A stretch of DNA of 64,000 nucleotides from Microbotryum violaceum (taxonomy: Eukaryota): positions 682,001-746,000 of the forward strand of contig CDLV01000009.1 in NCBI GenBank assembly GCA_001244265.2. Direction: 5' to 3'. The translations under genes were made by a program, and so were the position numbers. Below, in pieces: positions 1-12,196 of the stretch. The notes beneath the pieces were generated by a model. It saw nothing but the letters and a program-made list of their open reading frames with translations, ran no database searches and had not been told where the DNA came from. Positions within the stretch are counted from its first letter, which is position 1, and every line of letters begins with the position of its first letter.

Positions 1-739
1 TGAACCAGTCATTGGGATGGCATTCTTCCTCGAAGCAATCGAGCTCAACGGAGCCGAGCTCACGGCTTCCCAAAGTAGGTCAAGCCCGTCATTGACGTTA
101 ATCACTCGTGAAGAATACACTGACGCTTTTGATCCTCCATAGTCCGGTCCAAGTGGTCGCTCGCGCGAGGCCAGATCATCTCAACAGGTCGAGAAGCCTT
201 CCACGCCGGTCTTCTCGACTGGTCCCCGCGTCTCCAACTTGCCATGTATTCTTGCGATATCCAAGCCACTGGCGAAGTGCTAGGCAAAGTCTACGGCGTC
301 GTATCGAAACGGAAAGGTCGGATCGTCTCGGAAGAGATGAAGGAAGGCACTGCGTTCTTCACTATTCAAGCTTTATTGCCCGTGGTGGAGTCGTTCGGGT
401 TCGCGGATGAGATTCGAACGCGGACTTCTGGCGCTGCGAGTCCGCAATTGGTCTTCCATGGGTTCGAGATCTTGGATCAAGATCCGTTCTGGGTTCCGAC
501 GACGGAAGAGGAGCTGGAGGACTTGGGGGAGAAAGCTGATCGGGAGAACATTGCGAGGAGATATATGGATGCAGTAAGGAGGCGTAAAGTACGTTTCTAG
601 GTCTCGAAGGGAGGGTGTGGATTGATTGCAGAACTGAACTGACAAGGAAAGGCCTGTTCGGACGATTATACAGGGTATGGCCGTCGAACGCAAAGTGGTA
701 GAACACGCGGAGAAACAAAAGACGCTCAAGTCGGTATAG
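1..739 (+). CDS. RIA1: Elongation factor-like GTPase 1 (ribosome assembly), 3' part; gene begins before the window
   Basis: EF-G C-terminal-type sequence [27 protein letters not shown]...[36 protein letters not shown]. After intron 589-673 the last exon reads [21 protein letters not shown]. Confidence 0.93.
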
Positions 740-756
740 ACTAGAGTAGACCCCTG

Positions 757-2980
757 TCAGTTGATGGCTGCCAAGTCAATCCCGGCGTCGATGTACTTTT
801 GACGCCAGTGCGAGTACTCTCGCTCGTGAGGCTCAAGCTGGAGATGGGAGCGAGTCATAATTAGATGTGAATCTTGACTAAGATGGGAGCACATGATGAG
901 GGCTTACGTAAGGTACGCCCAGCAAGTCAAAGATCTCTCGCTCGTTCGTCACGATACGCATGGTCCCAGGCCGGAAGCCATTCGGGTTCTGCGAGCGAGC
1001 TTCGAATCAGTAGGCGCAGCAGCGCGGCGAGGAAGAGCTTTCCTAGACCTACCTGATCTTCTCTCTCAAACTATGCGTGAAGGCCGAGGAATAACTCCAC
1101 GTCAGCGTCTCTTCCTCCCGTCCGGAGAGGAGTGACTGACAGGTCTAGTACCCGAGCTCACCTTGTCCCCCATCCCGTACTCGTTCAAGCACATCCCGCG
1201 AGCTTTGGCGCGGTGTCGCATCAGTTTCATCAGCAACGCGTCACCTGATCCACCGAGGAGCATGTAAGGGTACGAGTCGTATGGACCAAGTCGGATGTCA
1301 ATGCGTCGGTAGTGCTGCCCATTTTTCAGCTTGATCAGACCCTGGAGTGACCAAAAACAGAGGCTGATAAGGGATTAGCGGACCGATCACCAAAATCTAC
1401 CGGCTTCCCCGAGTTTATCTCAGGAAAGTTGACGCACTATATACCTCTTATCGCCATGAGCGAGCCTGTATTGATTCGCCAACAGCCCGCTCGCTTCCAG
1501 TGCTTCCACAATCTGATCGAGCAATCTTCTCGCCTTTTCTTTGTCCTCACTGTCCGTGAAAGAGGGGTGGCGAACTGCAAGATCCAAGTCGGAGGCAAAG
1601 TCTAGACCGCGACGGTAGGAGCCGAGAAGCTCCGTCTCGAAGAGCTTTTCGTCGCCCGTAACGATTGACTTGAGACGAACTTCGATTTCGGCCTTGAGTT
1701 CGTCCATCTCCGAGCGGGAAATGAGACGCTCAAAGTCCTGTACGAAGGAAAGAAACCAAAGAGCTCTTCAGTTTTTCGCCTCATCTCGAAGCGGAACCTA
1801 TTCTTCCCCCTCACATCAAGAAACTTGCTGCCGATGATCTGCGATTCTTGCAACTTGATGGTCCCTAACTCATTAAGCTTGAGCAAGTCCTCGAGCGTGC
1901 GCGCGCCGGCGGCGTAGAACTGCTTTGCTCGAGCACGTCCAATGCTGTTGAAAACAGGATGCATTACGGTGTTGTGAACCTATCAACTGTCGGAGACTGG
2001 AACAATCGATGTTAAGAACATATTACTCACTTGTAGACCCTCATGAAAAGCACGCAGGTCTTCTGCTCCATGTTCATATACGACAACTTGGACGCCTTGC
2101 ATTTGCCCAAAATGTGCGAAATCTCCGCCCAGGGCACCGTAAAACACGGTGAAAGGACCTTGACCAAATCCTTCATCCTCACCACCTCCTTATCCCGGCA
2201 TTGATCAACGCGATGCCAAAGGGGATAAAGCGTCCTAACAGCATCCTTGAACCCCCTCGCACTGAGGGCTTTGGTCTCTTGGTAGGATTGCAAGAGTTGG
2301 ATGTCGCGCATTTGGGACATGATCTCTTGCAAGGGGACGGGACGATCGAGGCTGTAGGTTTGGCTGAGATTGGTGACGAAGTCGACGGTTTTGGCGACGT
2401 AGAGCGCTTTGGTCGAGTAGAGGCGGGAGTGGAGGGAACCCGCTGGCGCGCGCGCCGAGGCGAAAGGAGTCAAGGCGCGCTTGGATCCGGCTGACGAGGT
2501 GCCTAGGCCTAGAATGGGACCAGACCTGATGCTTGATCCGAAATGACGTATTTCAGTCGGTAAAAGTGGTTGAAGACCCTCGAGTGTAGAATCAACCGCC
2601 CCCGAACGTCGAGCCTCCAACCCGACGATCGAGGATCCAACTTGTTCCAAATCTCTGACAACCGAAACACCCGAGTGGAACCCGACCTTGACGGGATCCC
2701 ACCGGCTCGCATCCTTGGAAGCAAGGACATTACGACGGACGTGCACGATCACATCTAAATGTAGACCTACTTGACGAGTCAATGATAGGGGTTTAGGAGG
2801 GGAAAGGGAACGGAGGTGTTGGGCACGGAGTGAATGCGCCATGTGGTGCGTCGCGGTGGCTTCGATTTGCTGCGTGGTGGAAGGGGTGCAGATTGAGGTG
2901 GCGAGCAGACGTCGAAAGGAGGCGAAGCGGTCGAGGGAGGGTGGTGCCTTGCTGAGGCGTCGAGCAAAGATGGGCGACAT
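757..2980 (-). CDS. DNA polymerase family X protein with long N-terminal extension (7 exons)
   Basis: Spliced product has HhH YNIGRARAKQFYAAGARTLEDL, palm GSYRRGLDFASDLDL, third Asp in RRIDIR, thumb LNEYGM...EREIFDLLGVPYLEPHER. Stop TGA at 757-759. Confidence 0.92.
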
Positions 2981-3343
2981 TGCTCACTCGACTTGCCGAG
3001 AGGTGAAACGAATATCGAGGTTGAGGGGTGGAGATGTGAAGGAGGCCAAGAGGAAGAGAAGAGAAGAAGGCCCGCTAAGTCGAGGAAACATATGCAGTGA
3101 TGGGAACAACAGCGAGGGCGGAGGGCGAGAGTGATGGGGAAGTGATGGGGAAGTGATGGATGAGCTCATGAAGCATGGCTGGACACGCGCGAGTAGCACA
3201 TGACAGAGATGAAGTCCGTGCAGGATGCTCGAGCTCAACGATGAAACAGGGGGAGTTTCCAGCCGGCCGAGCTTCCGAGACAAAGGTTATTGAGTAATGG
3301 CAAGAGGAAAAGTTTAACTACAGAAGTTATGCATGTCCACGAT

Positions 3344-6300
3344 CTACGACTTCTGAGCGTTCCAAGCATCATTAAGTGCAGCAAAGACCAATCCGGCAAT
3401 CATCCTCTGCTCGACGGTGGTGTTTTGCACGTTAAGCTATGGGGAGGCAGGCGCAGGCGCACACGCGTCAGCTTGGCCAGTTTTCCCCGTCAACATATCC
3501 GACAACCAGCACTTACCTTGTCAGGATGCAGCTTGGCAATAGCCCTAACATACCTAACCTTGAGTTGCGCCTCACTGATTAACTCATGCATACCAACCTT
3601 CTTCCACCCCAAATCAGGCCAAAGCACTGAATCCAAACTCGCGATCAAGGCCCTCAAGTTCTGTTCCTTGCCTCCCTTCCAAGCGAGGATCTTGGCATCG
3701 ACACCGTCCTTGAGTTGCAGACGGAGATCGTCTTCGGCTTCAGAGGCTTGGTTCGCTGCTTTGAGGGCTTTGACGGCTTCGCCGGAACCTTGAACGGCGG
3801 GCTTGAACGGCCGGGCAGGAGGCGCATTCGAAGCTCTACTCGACGGCGGAGGAGCAGAACGACTATTTGAAGATCCGGTCGAAGACCTCAAAGCCGCTTC
3901 GCTTGTAGGTCCAGCCACCATCTTTCGACACCTCGCGACACCATCCGAAACGATTTTGAAACCTCCAGCAGCTTTGACAACATCCCCACCAGCAGCCAAA
4001 GCCAAAGACCAATCCTCGGCCGCCGCAGACCACTTCTCGTTCGCCTCATTCGCTTTGGCCCGTTTGCCCAACGCTTTTCCTAGCTGGTCGACCAACTTCA
4101 ACTCGCTGACATCGCTCGGCAACGTATCCGCTTCGAGTGCAGCCCAAGCGACCCTCTCCCCGGCCTGCTTGGGTAACCCTCCATAAGGGGCCAAGAGGAG
4201 ATGGATAGCGAGCGTGCAGTCCTCAGAGGCAAGTCGTTCTTCTCCGAACTTGAGTCGAGCTGTCGCTCGATTGTTGAGCAAAGGCACGAGGTGTAACGTC
4301 CCCGAGGGCAATGCGTCAATGGCCTGCGTGTATTCGGCCGAGGCGTCGCCGAAGCGTCCGAGTTTAAAGAAGTCATTGCCTTTGGTCTTGTGCGAGGTCG
4401 AAGTGGCCAAATCATCCGGGGAGACAGGGACGTGGGTCCGAGGTGGGTAAGAAGGACGAGCAGGGACTGCGGCGGGCTGGGGAGTCGGGGTGCGCGCGCG
4501 TGGTGAAAGTACTTGGGCCATGGCCGCTGCATCGACGGCTAGAGGACCTTGTTGTTTCGCTCGTCGCCAAGGTGAGACATAGGCCGCTGCAGCCGCCATG
4601 GCCTGAGCCACTGGGGGAGCTGCCGAACTCGGTGCTGGCGAGGGTGCTTGAGCGCGCGCGACGGGTGCTCGACTCACCGCCGCCGGGGGTTGAGGTCTTT
4701 GCGGCAAGACCTCGTCATCCTCACTATCATGGAACAGTGCTGGTGGTGGCTCCTCGGTCGATCTCGAAGGTTTGGCCGTCGTCCCAGTTGAAGGCGGTCC
4801 TTCCTCTTCCGCAAGCTCCTTCTCCATCTCCTCGGTCCACCATTTCGCTCTCCCCGGCGGGGCGGTCGAAGCGGCCTGTCTCGATCTCCTCCCCGCACCC
4901 CCCGAAGCACCACCTTCACCAGGTCCATCTTCTCCACCGGCTCTTTGTTCATCCAAAGCCTTTTGCAACTGCGCCTTTCCAGCAGAGATGTACGCGTTCG
5001 CCGATTTGAACATGCTGAAGCCAATCTTGGACGCCTGGGACAACAACTCGTTCGCCTGTCGTTGCGCAGCAGCCACCGCATCATTAGCCGAATCGTCCGC
5101 GGCCGGCTGCTGATCCCGTTGACGAGCCGCAGCTTCCCTTGCTCTTCGTCCCGTCGGTAAAGCTGTTGGCCGTGGTGGAGGAGCATAATCGTCCGTTTCG
5201 GCTTCCCTGCGTCTCCTTTCCCTTCGTCGAGCATCTTCTTCATCGTCCGAGCCCCAACCGCTATCCCCGACGACCGGCGCTTCTCGGATCGCCCTTTCCT
5301 CGTCGTCCAAAGCTACGGGTCGACGACGCGGCGCGGGTCCGTTCTCACGGATTGAGCCTTCGTTCCGAGCACGACCAGCACCTCCGCCCGAGGTCTGCTC
5401 GATCAAGACCTCCAAGGCCTCTTCGACGCGCCATTCCCCCTTCGGCCCTACGGTCGCGCCGAGAGCGGCTTGGGCTTGCGGGACCGAAAAGCCCATCTGT
5501 ACGATCTGTCCCAGGATATGAGGTGGAGGTGAAGCACTCCGTCGAAGCGGGCCTCGTGAAGCGGAGGACGATGGTGGTGTCGGCGCTTGTTGGCTTGTTG
5601 CTGGGGTAGGTTTCCACACTGCAGCCGGTTGCGAGAATGCGCCTAGAAGATCAAAGTCATCGGATTCGGATGTGGTGGGAGCCGCGGATGTTGTGGTGCT
5701 GTCAGTCTGAGCCGAAAGAGATATCCCCGTACCAAAGGGGTCGTCATCGTCATCATCGTCGAAGATCTTGCCTGTATTTCGAGGTGCCGGTGATCGAGTC
5801 GAAGGAGGAGGCGCCGCGGTCGTCTCGAACCCAAGATCGAAAGGGTCAAGTGGGGGTGCTACGGACGAGGACGGTTTGCTTGAAACGGGGGCCGGAGTGG
5901 CCTTTGCGAGTAGATCAAAGTCCCATGGATCGGATGAGCTGTGGATTGAAGGCCTCTGGTTTCAGTCTTTTGACTCGAGCTTCGTAGAACTATGCGATAT
6001 GACTGACGCTGCTTTGGCCGAAGACCCATTCAAGGGGCTCGTCCCACCGCCGGATCCAAAGCGAGCTGCATTACTCGTAGCAAGTTTCTCTGCCAGTGAC
6101 ATGTTGGTCGTAGATGCACCAGCACCCCTCGCGGAGGGTCCAGAAGCCGAAGCCGAGCCACCGAAGAGGGACGAAAAGGCATCGTCGGCGGAAGTGGTGG
6201 GTCTGTTCGCACTCTGAGGTGACGGAGCGAGAGCAGGCGAATTGGACCTCGAGATGGACGACGGGACGGCTGCCAAAGGGGATGGTGATCGGGAACCGTA

Positions 6301-6501
6301 GAGCGGTGAAGGTGAGGGCGACGCGCTCTTGACTGAACTCGAGCTGGCATCGTTGGACAAGGCGCGGCCGGCTTGGGAGAGGTAGTCGAACGCGGTCTTG
6401 CGCGTGCCATAGGCGGCTTGGGGGCTCAGCTTGGAGCTGGTGGAGGATGAGGACGGCTGGGTCGGAGGTGCCGACAGGTCGAGGTCGAGCAGGTCGTTCA
6501 T
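3344..6501 (-). CDS. SWA2: Auxilin-like clathrin-uncoating co-chaperone (DPF/DLL motifs, UBA, TPR, C-terminal J domain)
   Basis: MNDLLDLD start; DPW/DPF/DFDLL motifs; UBA QIVQMGFSVPQAQAAL; TPR KTKGNDFFKLGRF; J domain WKGGKEQNLRALIASL...KLHPDK|LNVQNTTVEQRMIAGLVFAALNDAW. An intron near 5940-6008 joins the two long ORFs in frame. Confidence 0.92.
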
Positions 6502-6913
6502 CGCGGGTGAAGTGGGCCTTAACCCTAATGCACGTCGACCCACGTCGCGGCGTGAAGATGCACGCCGAGGTCGGGGTGGTCAGAGCGATTGTCCCTGGTC
6601 AGGTGTCGTGGTGTGTTGTGCGCCGGTCGCTAACGCGCGGCTGTGTCTGACCAGTGACGTGGTAGACGCGCCCAGCCTGCGGACTGACTCAGACCGAGTA
6701 CGCGCGCCCTCCGAGGCCCTCCAGCCCAAGCTTGGCAGCTGGCAGAGCAAGTAGAGAGCAGTGGAGAGCAGTACTCGGTCTCAGCTCGGGCTCGGCTCTG
6801 CCGCAGCTCAGCCGTGAGTGCCGTGAGCGTCTAGACCCCCCTTTAGCTCTCGGCTCGACACACCCGAACCAGTCTTTCAACTCGAATCCTCTCACCCCCC
6901 TCTGCTCCCAGTC

Positions 6914-8025
6914 ATGTCCACAAGTCCCCTCGGCTCATCATCCACCTCTTTCTGGTCGACCTGCGCTGCCGTCGCGCTCGCGAGTGGTGCGATCGGTTAT
7001 GCAAGTCCAGTTCACAGAGATCGGTCGGAGCACCAGCTCATTGTTTGATCATGCGTCGTATCCATCAGGTCATCGGCTTGGGCGCTTCACTGCCACTTTC
7101 CGTACGTCGTCCCTTCACTCCGAGCTCGACGGCCGGGCTTTCGCAGTCAACCCCACTTACCCTGATGTCGTCTCTTTTCACAGAGAGGGGGTAAACCCTC
7201 CTACCCGACAGCAAAACACGAGGAAACAGAAGACGAAGAAGTTGACGACTCAGGGGATGAAGTCAACCTCACTGATCTGGCCACCGTCAAGGCGAAGGGG
7301 GACGAGCCTTGCAAACTGGTCCGTGCACTCTGCCGGCATCAGCTTCGGACTTCGCGAGAACTACCACTTACCCTACTTCAACGTTGCAGGTCCTCGTCGT
7401 ACGAACAGATCTGCAAATGACCAAAGGCAAGATCGCTGCTCAATGCGGGTAAGCTTACTTTGCCGGAGCCAGCTCGGCAAATAAAATCTCTTACCCACCC
7501 ATTTCGTTCCTCTCCTTAGTCACGCCACATTAGCATGCTACAAATCCGTTATCAAGGGCAATCCAGTTGTGGGTTTAGGTAGACATGATTCTTACTCGAT
7601 CATTCACTCACGAGTCGTAGTACGTCGACATCTTCCCCACAGCTTGTACGCCATTGGGAAAGGACAGGGTGGGACCTCTTCAACGCCTGGTGCGGAGCCT
7701 CGGTCAAGTCAAGCTCACACCTTGCATCGCCTTGATCCACAGACAAGCCAAAATTGCCGTCAGGTGCGACTCGGAAGAAGAACTGCTCATCCTCCAAGCC
7801 ACCGCCAAATCGCTCGGCATTTGCGCACGCTCGATCCAGGATGCGTTAGTAACGTTTGCACCGCTCCATCTTTTGAAAGCTAGAATACGGAACCTCTGAC
7901 GCTTATCTCCTGGCCTCAACAGAGGTCGCACACAAGTCGCTTCGGGCAGCACGACCGTACTCGGCATCGGTCCCGCCCCGGTTCAGCTCGTGAACCAAGT
8001 CACGCAGCATCTTAAATTGTTGTAA
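6914..8025 (+). CDS. PTH2: Peptidyl-tRNA hydrolase 2 with N-terminal membrane anchor
   Basis: Spliced: [30 protein letters not shown]...[13 protein letters not shown]...[23 protein letters not shown]...VTQHLKLL*. First intron (7001-7068) is GC-AG. Confidence 0.95.
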
Positions 8026-8086
8026 CCTCCACAAAATCCACTTGCAATCGCATTCAAACACACATTGCATCCGAAAAAGTTACCGA

Positions 8087-8417
8087 TCAAACCCCTTCCT
8101 GCGCCCCCCCCCCCCCCCCCCTCCTAAATCCTGCCTTCTTCTTCCCATCCTCCACATTCCTGCCCTCCCCAACCTTGCCCCGACCTCCACCTCCAGGCGT
8201 CTCAATAATGATCCGATGCCCTCTCCCCATCTTGACCGTCGCTTTACCACTCAGATTAATCGTCCTCGGCTTGAGGCCCGAGTCCCCATCCTGTTCAGGT
8301 CGGGCTTGCTTTATCCAGAAAGTTCGACCGCGTGATCCGGAGGCACCGCCGGCGAGTCCGCCAGGGGCTTAAAACGCTCCGCTCGGAAAGAATGTTCGGA
8401 GCATTGGACGGGTCTGT
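8087..8417 (-). pseudogene. Degenerate duplicate of the last exon of the oxoprolinase gene (direct repeat of 12197-12540)
   Basis: 8167-8360 matches 12295-12488 with about 7 substitutions by manual count. The copy keeps the 3' splice acceptor and stop codon but has small frameshifting indels and a poly-C tract replacing part of the exon. Confidence 0.93.
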
Positions 8418-9419
8418 CCGGGACACGTGGACTCTCGACAGGCCTAATTGGCCTTCAGGCGCGTGGCGGACGTTTTGACTTGGATCTACATCCGTGTCGG
8501 TTCAGATCTTCCATCCTCGCAGTTACTTTCGCGATAAGCGGTACCTTGCGGGCTGACCCCCGGCTCAAGCATCGGATCCCGTCCCTTCGCTCGCGTCCCA
8601 GTCTCCGAGTCCGACGACTGCCAGACAGTGAGCGTGCGAAAACACATGACGGGACTTAGCGTACGAGCTCAGAAAGCAGGCTCTCTCTCGACTGGCGGGG
8701 ACCTGGCCTGAGGAAGAGACAGTGAGCATTAACGGGGAAGGGAGGGATAGAGTGCATCTATTTAAAGGAAGAGTGTGGGTTGCAAGTAAGAGGGAGAAAG
8801 AGGGAGACAACAGAAAGGAAGGGATTGTGACCGGGGTAAGGGGAACCAGTTGGAGTGGACGTCTTAGTCGGGTCAGAGGCGATTGCTCGCATAATGTGTT
8901 CCAGCGCCCGATAAGGGTCGGTCCCGTGAATCTATTTTTGGTAGAGTAGCTGAAAGTCAAATTCTCATTCTCATTCTGCGGACCTGCGGTGGCCCAAAGT
9001 GCCTGCAGTTGGCCTACCCGCTCACTGCACATGGTCACGTGCTCCATCTCGTTCTTCCCTCTCTCACCTGCTCTCATCGGCGTTCTAGCAGACACACAAC
9101 GTCTGGTTTAGAGCTGAGAATCGTCAGTCTCGACAGGTTCTACACCTTCGCTCCGTGCTCGCATTCGCAACGCCATCACTACCACTGCCAAGCCAACAGG
9201 ATTCAACTTCGAGTCCACGTGGCGACTCAAGCCCGCAGCTCGCCCGTGAGTACAAGTGCATAGGCCGGTGGCATGTATCAATATTGGCTGAGTGCGCGGC
9301 AATGCAAGATACGAATGCTCACTAATTGCTGGAGTGCTTGGCCCCTCCGGCCATCGACTCGTCTTCGTCTGGCCTCATGACAGCTTCCCGCCGTCCCTGC
9401 CGGAGCCCCGTTGCCCACG

Positions 9420-11853
9420 ATGCGATTGGGTACCGCCCATCCGACAGTCCTCAAGGACTTGCTCTCGTTCAAGTTCCCGTCCAGTAACTACTACCCGCGG
9501 CGCAGTCCTTTTGTCCCGTCGCCGCCGCCGCGTGGCAGATCCTCACCGCAACTTGCTCGTGCGACTGCAACTACTCAACCCGACAAACAAGTGGGGCCTT
9601 CCGGTCTCCTATGTCCTAAACTTAGGCGCTTCCCTGGCGAGTCCCTCCCACAGTTTCCCTTTACGTTGGCCATCTGCGATCCGTCCCTTATTGATCGAGT
9701 TGTTCAGGGGTTCAAGAATGGGTCCGAGTTGCGATCGGCTTCGGGCCTTGACCAGCGTCTGCCGCCAACGGTGTCCGAGTGTTTGAAGAGATTTAGCCTC
9801 GAAAGAATCCGCTTCAAGGTCATGGGAGACACCGAAAGTTTACATCACCTGATGGAGCTGTTGGAAAAAGCTGTGGTGCCTACGGTCTCGGCGTTGGTCG
9901 GCAAGGAGATGTTGATCAGGCCTCACGACGCCCAGATGCACGGACACCTCGGCCAACCGGGAGATGTCCAGCTCGCGTTGGAGCCACGCACGGAACCGGT
10001 TCAAAACGGAGGTCGATACAACATGGTGAACATGCTTGCTGTAGAGACCAACAGGTCCGCGGATACGAAGATCACGCCTCCAAAATTCTGGCTCGACTTT
10101 GCGTCCCATGAGCCTGTCGACATCCGCATCCTCCGCGACGGGCGCTTGAAGGAAAGATTGGAAGGCGACGCGTATATGATAGTGAAGGCAAATTGCGATA
10201 CTTTCTCTCGTCCAGACCGCTCGCTGCGATTGTATCTCCTCGAGCACGTCAGCTGATCCCGCACTCGCTCCGGCCTCAGCTTGCTCTTCAGTTGGGCTAT
10301 ACGAGAAGCCGTTTCGGCCTCTTCTACTGTGCGCCGTACTTTGTACTTGCCGAGCGTGGTGAGTGTGCGAACCGCTCGTGTGGCAGGTCTGAACCTAGCT
10401 CCGAAGCGGAGCCTCTGCTTGCATGAATCTCGAGGTACAGTACGGTTTCCCGTGTTGCTTCTGACATGATGCCTTCGCGTGTTGTTTTCGACATCAGTGG
10501 TTGAGAACGGACGGAGCCACATGTTGATCAGTCCCTTGTAAACCTCGGCGTGGGTCGCGCCCGACGACGGCGGTCCTGCTGCTGCTGATGGCCACAAGTT
10601 CCTCGCTGCTTTGGTCTCGCTCCTCACGTGCTACCGCCCGAAGTATGCGATCCAAGGCCCCTCGTGGGACACGCTACACTCCTTGCGCACCGCTACGGAG
10701 ATGCTCGGATGGAAGAGCTTTCAGAACTGTGATCGAGCCAGATCGGCGAGCCCGACGAAACTGCCTCGATCCCCTTTGTCCAAGTTGGCAAAACGGCGGT
10801 GTCAATGCGGCACCGTCCCGATCAAAAGGTCAGCCCTGCTAAAAAACTGACAGGCTCACCCTTCTGATGACTGAAACGCTGCTGTCGGGATGCCCGTCCC
10901 AGATCATCTGTGGCGTAGACGGGGACCCAGCTTTGGACCTACTCGCGATCGCCGTCGAACTTCACTGTAGCGAGGCAAGTCTACTACTGAACACGCGTGT
11001 CTGCAGTGTTCCTTGTTCGAGGGTAAAGATTGTAGACTTGAGCTCGATCCTGCTTCCCGCAGTTCTTTCCTGATGCCCTACGACAAGAAGAAGCTTCCGA
11101 ATCTGTGCTGCGGGTCGAGTCGATCGTGACCGCCGGCAGCCTCGATCGCCTCGAGCTCGTCACTGAGCTCGGCGGCGGGCGCACTTCCATGGTCTGGTCT
11201 GCTCGCTGGAGCCGAGTCGAAGACGATGCTACTTCAAATTTACCCACTTCGACGTCTTCTGATGATGAAGCAGACAGCTTCCTCGTCGCCAAGATTGTAT
11301 CGGGAGAGTACGCCTCCTCGGTCGCTCGCGAGTACTTTGTCCACACTCGAATCGTCCCATTGCTCTCTCCTGCTGCGCGCGCCTTCATTCCCAAGTTTCA
11401 TGGCCTCTACCGCAGTGAAACGGACGGTTCCGCTTACATCCTGGTCTTCGACCATGCGGGAGAGGTCATCCCGGAGGCGGAGTGGGAAGCTGATGAAGAA
11501 CTTGAAAGCGAGACGATGTAAGCTCGCGTGTCCGTGGATGAGTCATGATCCATGGATCCTTGAAACGCTGACCAAAGCAACGCTTGTTCTCGTGTCTGCC
11601 CAGGGCCGCTTTCCAACTGGTTGCGGACGAGGGTCTTGTTCATGCCGACGAGCGGAGGCCGAACGTTGTTCGCCGTGGCAACGGCCAGATCTTCCTTGTG
11701 GACTGGGGAGAAGCTAGCGTGGACCTCGCGCGCCTTCGCCGACCAGACCTTCAAAAAAAAATCGAGCTAAGTCGACTGTGCCACATTCATATCTCATCTA
11801 GCGTATCCTGTGACTGCATAGTCTTTGATGTTGTAAATGATGGTCTATGTTGA
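9420..11853 (+). pseudogene. Probable pseudogene: N-terminal PD-(D/E)xK-like domain plus C-terminal protein-kinase-like domain
   Basis: Kinase motifs LGGGRTSMV, VAK, ARE, HADERRPN, IFLVDWGEA across exons 11063-11517 and ~11603-11853. The upstream part has PGD..., AVETN, KLALQL, RFGLFY...FVLAE. In-frame TAA at 10539-10541 and an apparent frameshift/TGA near 10730. Confidence 0.7.
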
Positions 11854-12196
11854 AACGAGCTGACCGGCTATTGTCTCTTTCGCAACCGGGAAGTTGTTTT
11901 ATGGGAGGGTGCGGTGCCCCAAGACGAGTTGCGATCGAGCACTCAGCTCAGCGCCGAAAGCGGTGATCTTTGAAGAGGCATTTTGCCCGACCCCCGACGC
12001 AAGGAAGCTATTACGGTAAGATAAACTACTCACAAAGAGCTATGCCGTCGAGATCGACACCGCCAGGAGCTTGTTCATTGAGAACGCACTCCGCATAGGC
12101 GCCGGTGTTCTCACTCTTTGCCGAAGCGATCGTTCCACCATGCAAGCCCAAACAGATTCCCATTCGCACATGCTACACGTCGAACATGCCTCTCAA

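Noticed and set aside
5620-6010. Frameshift or split in SWA2 suggested by separate ORFs
   Set aside because: Resolved by a canonical GT-AG intron.
6520-6528. TAACCCTAA as a telomerase template or telomeric seed
   Set aside because: Single 9-mer immediately upstream of the SWA2 start, with no supporting structure.
8548-9006. Solo LTR (TG...CA ends, TATA-like and purine-rich tract)
   Set aside because: No target-site duplication at the candidate ends and no second copy in the window.
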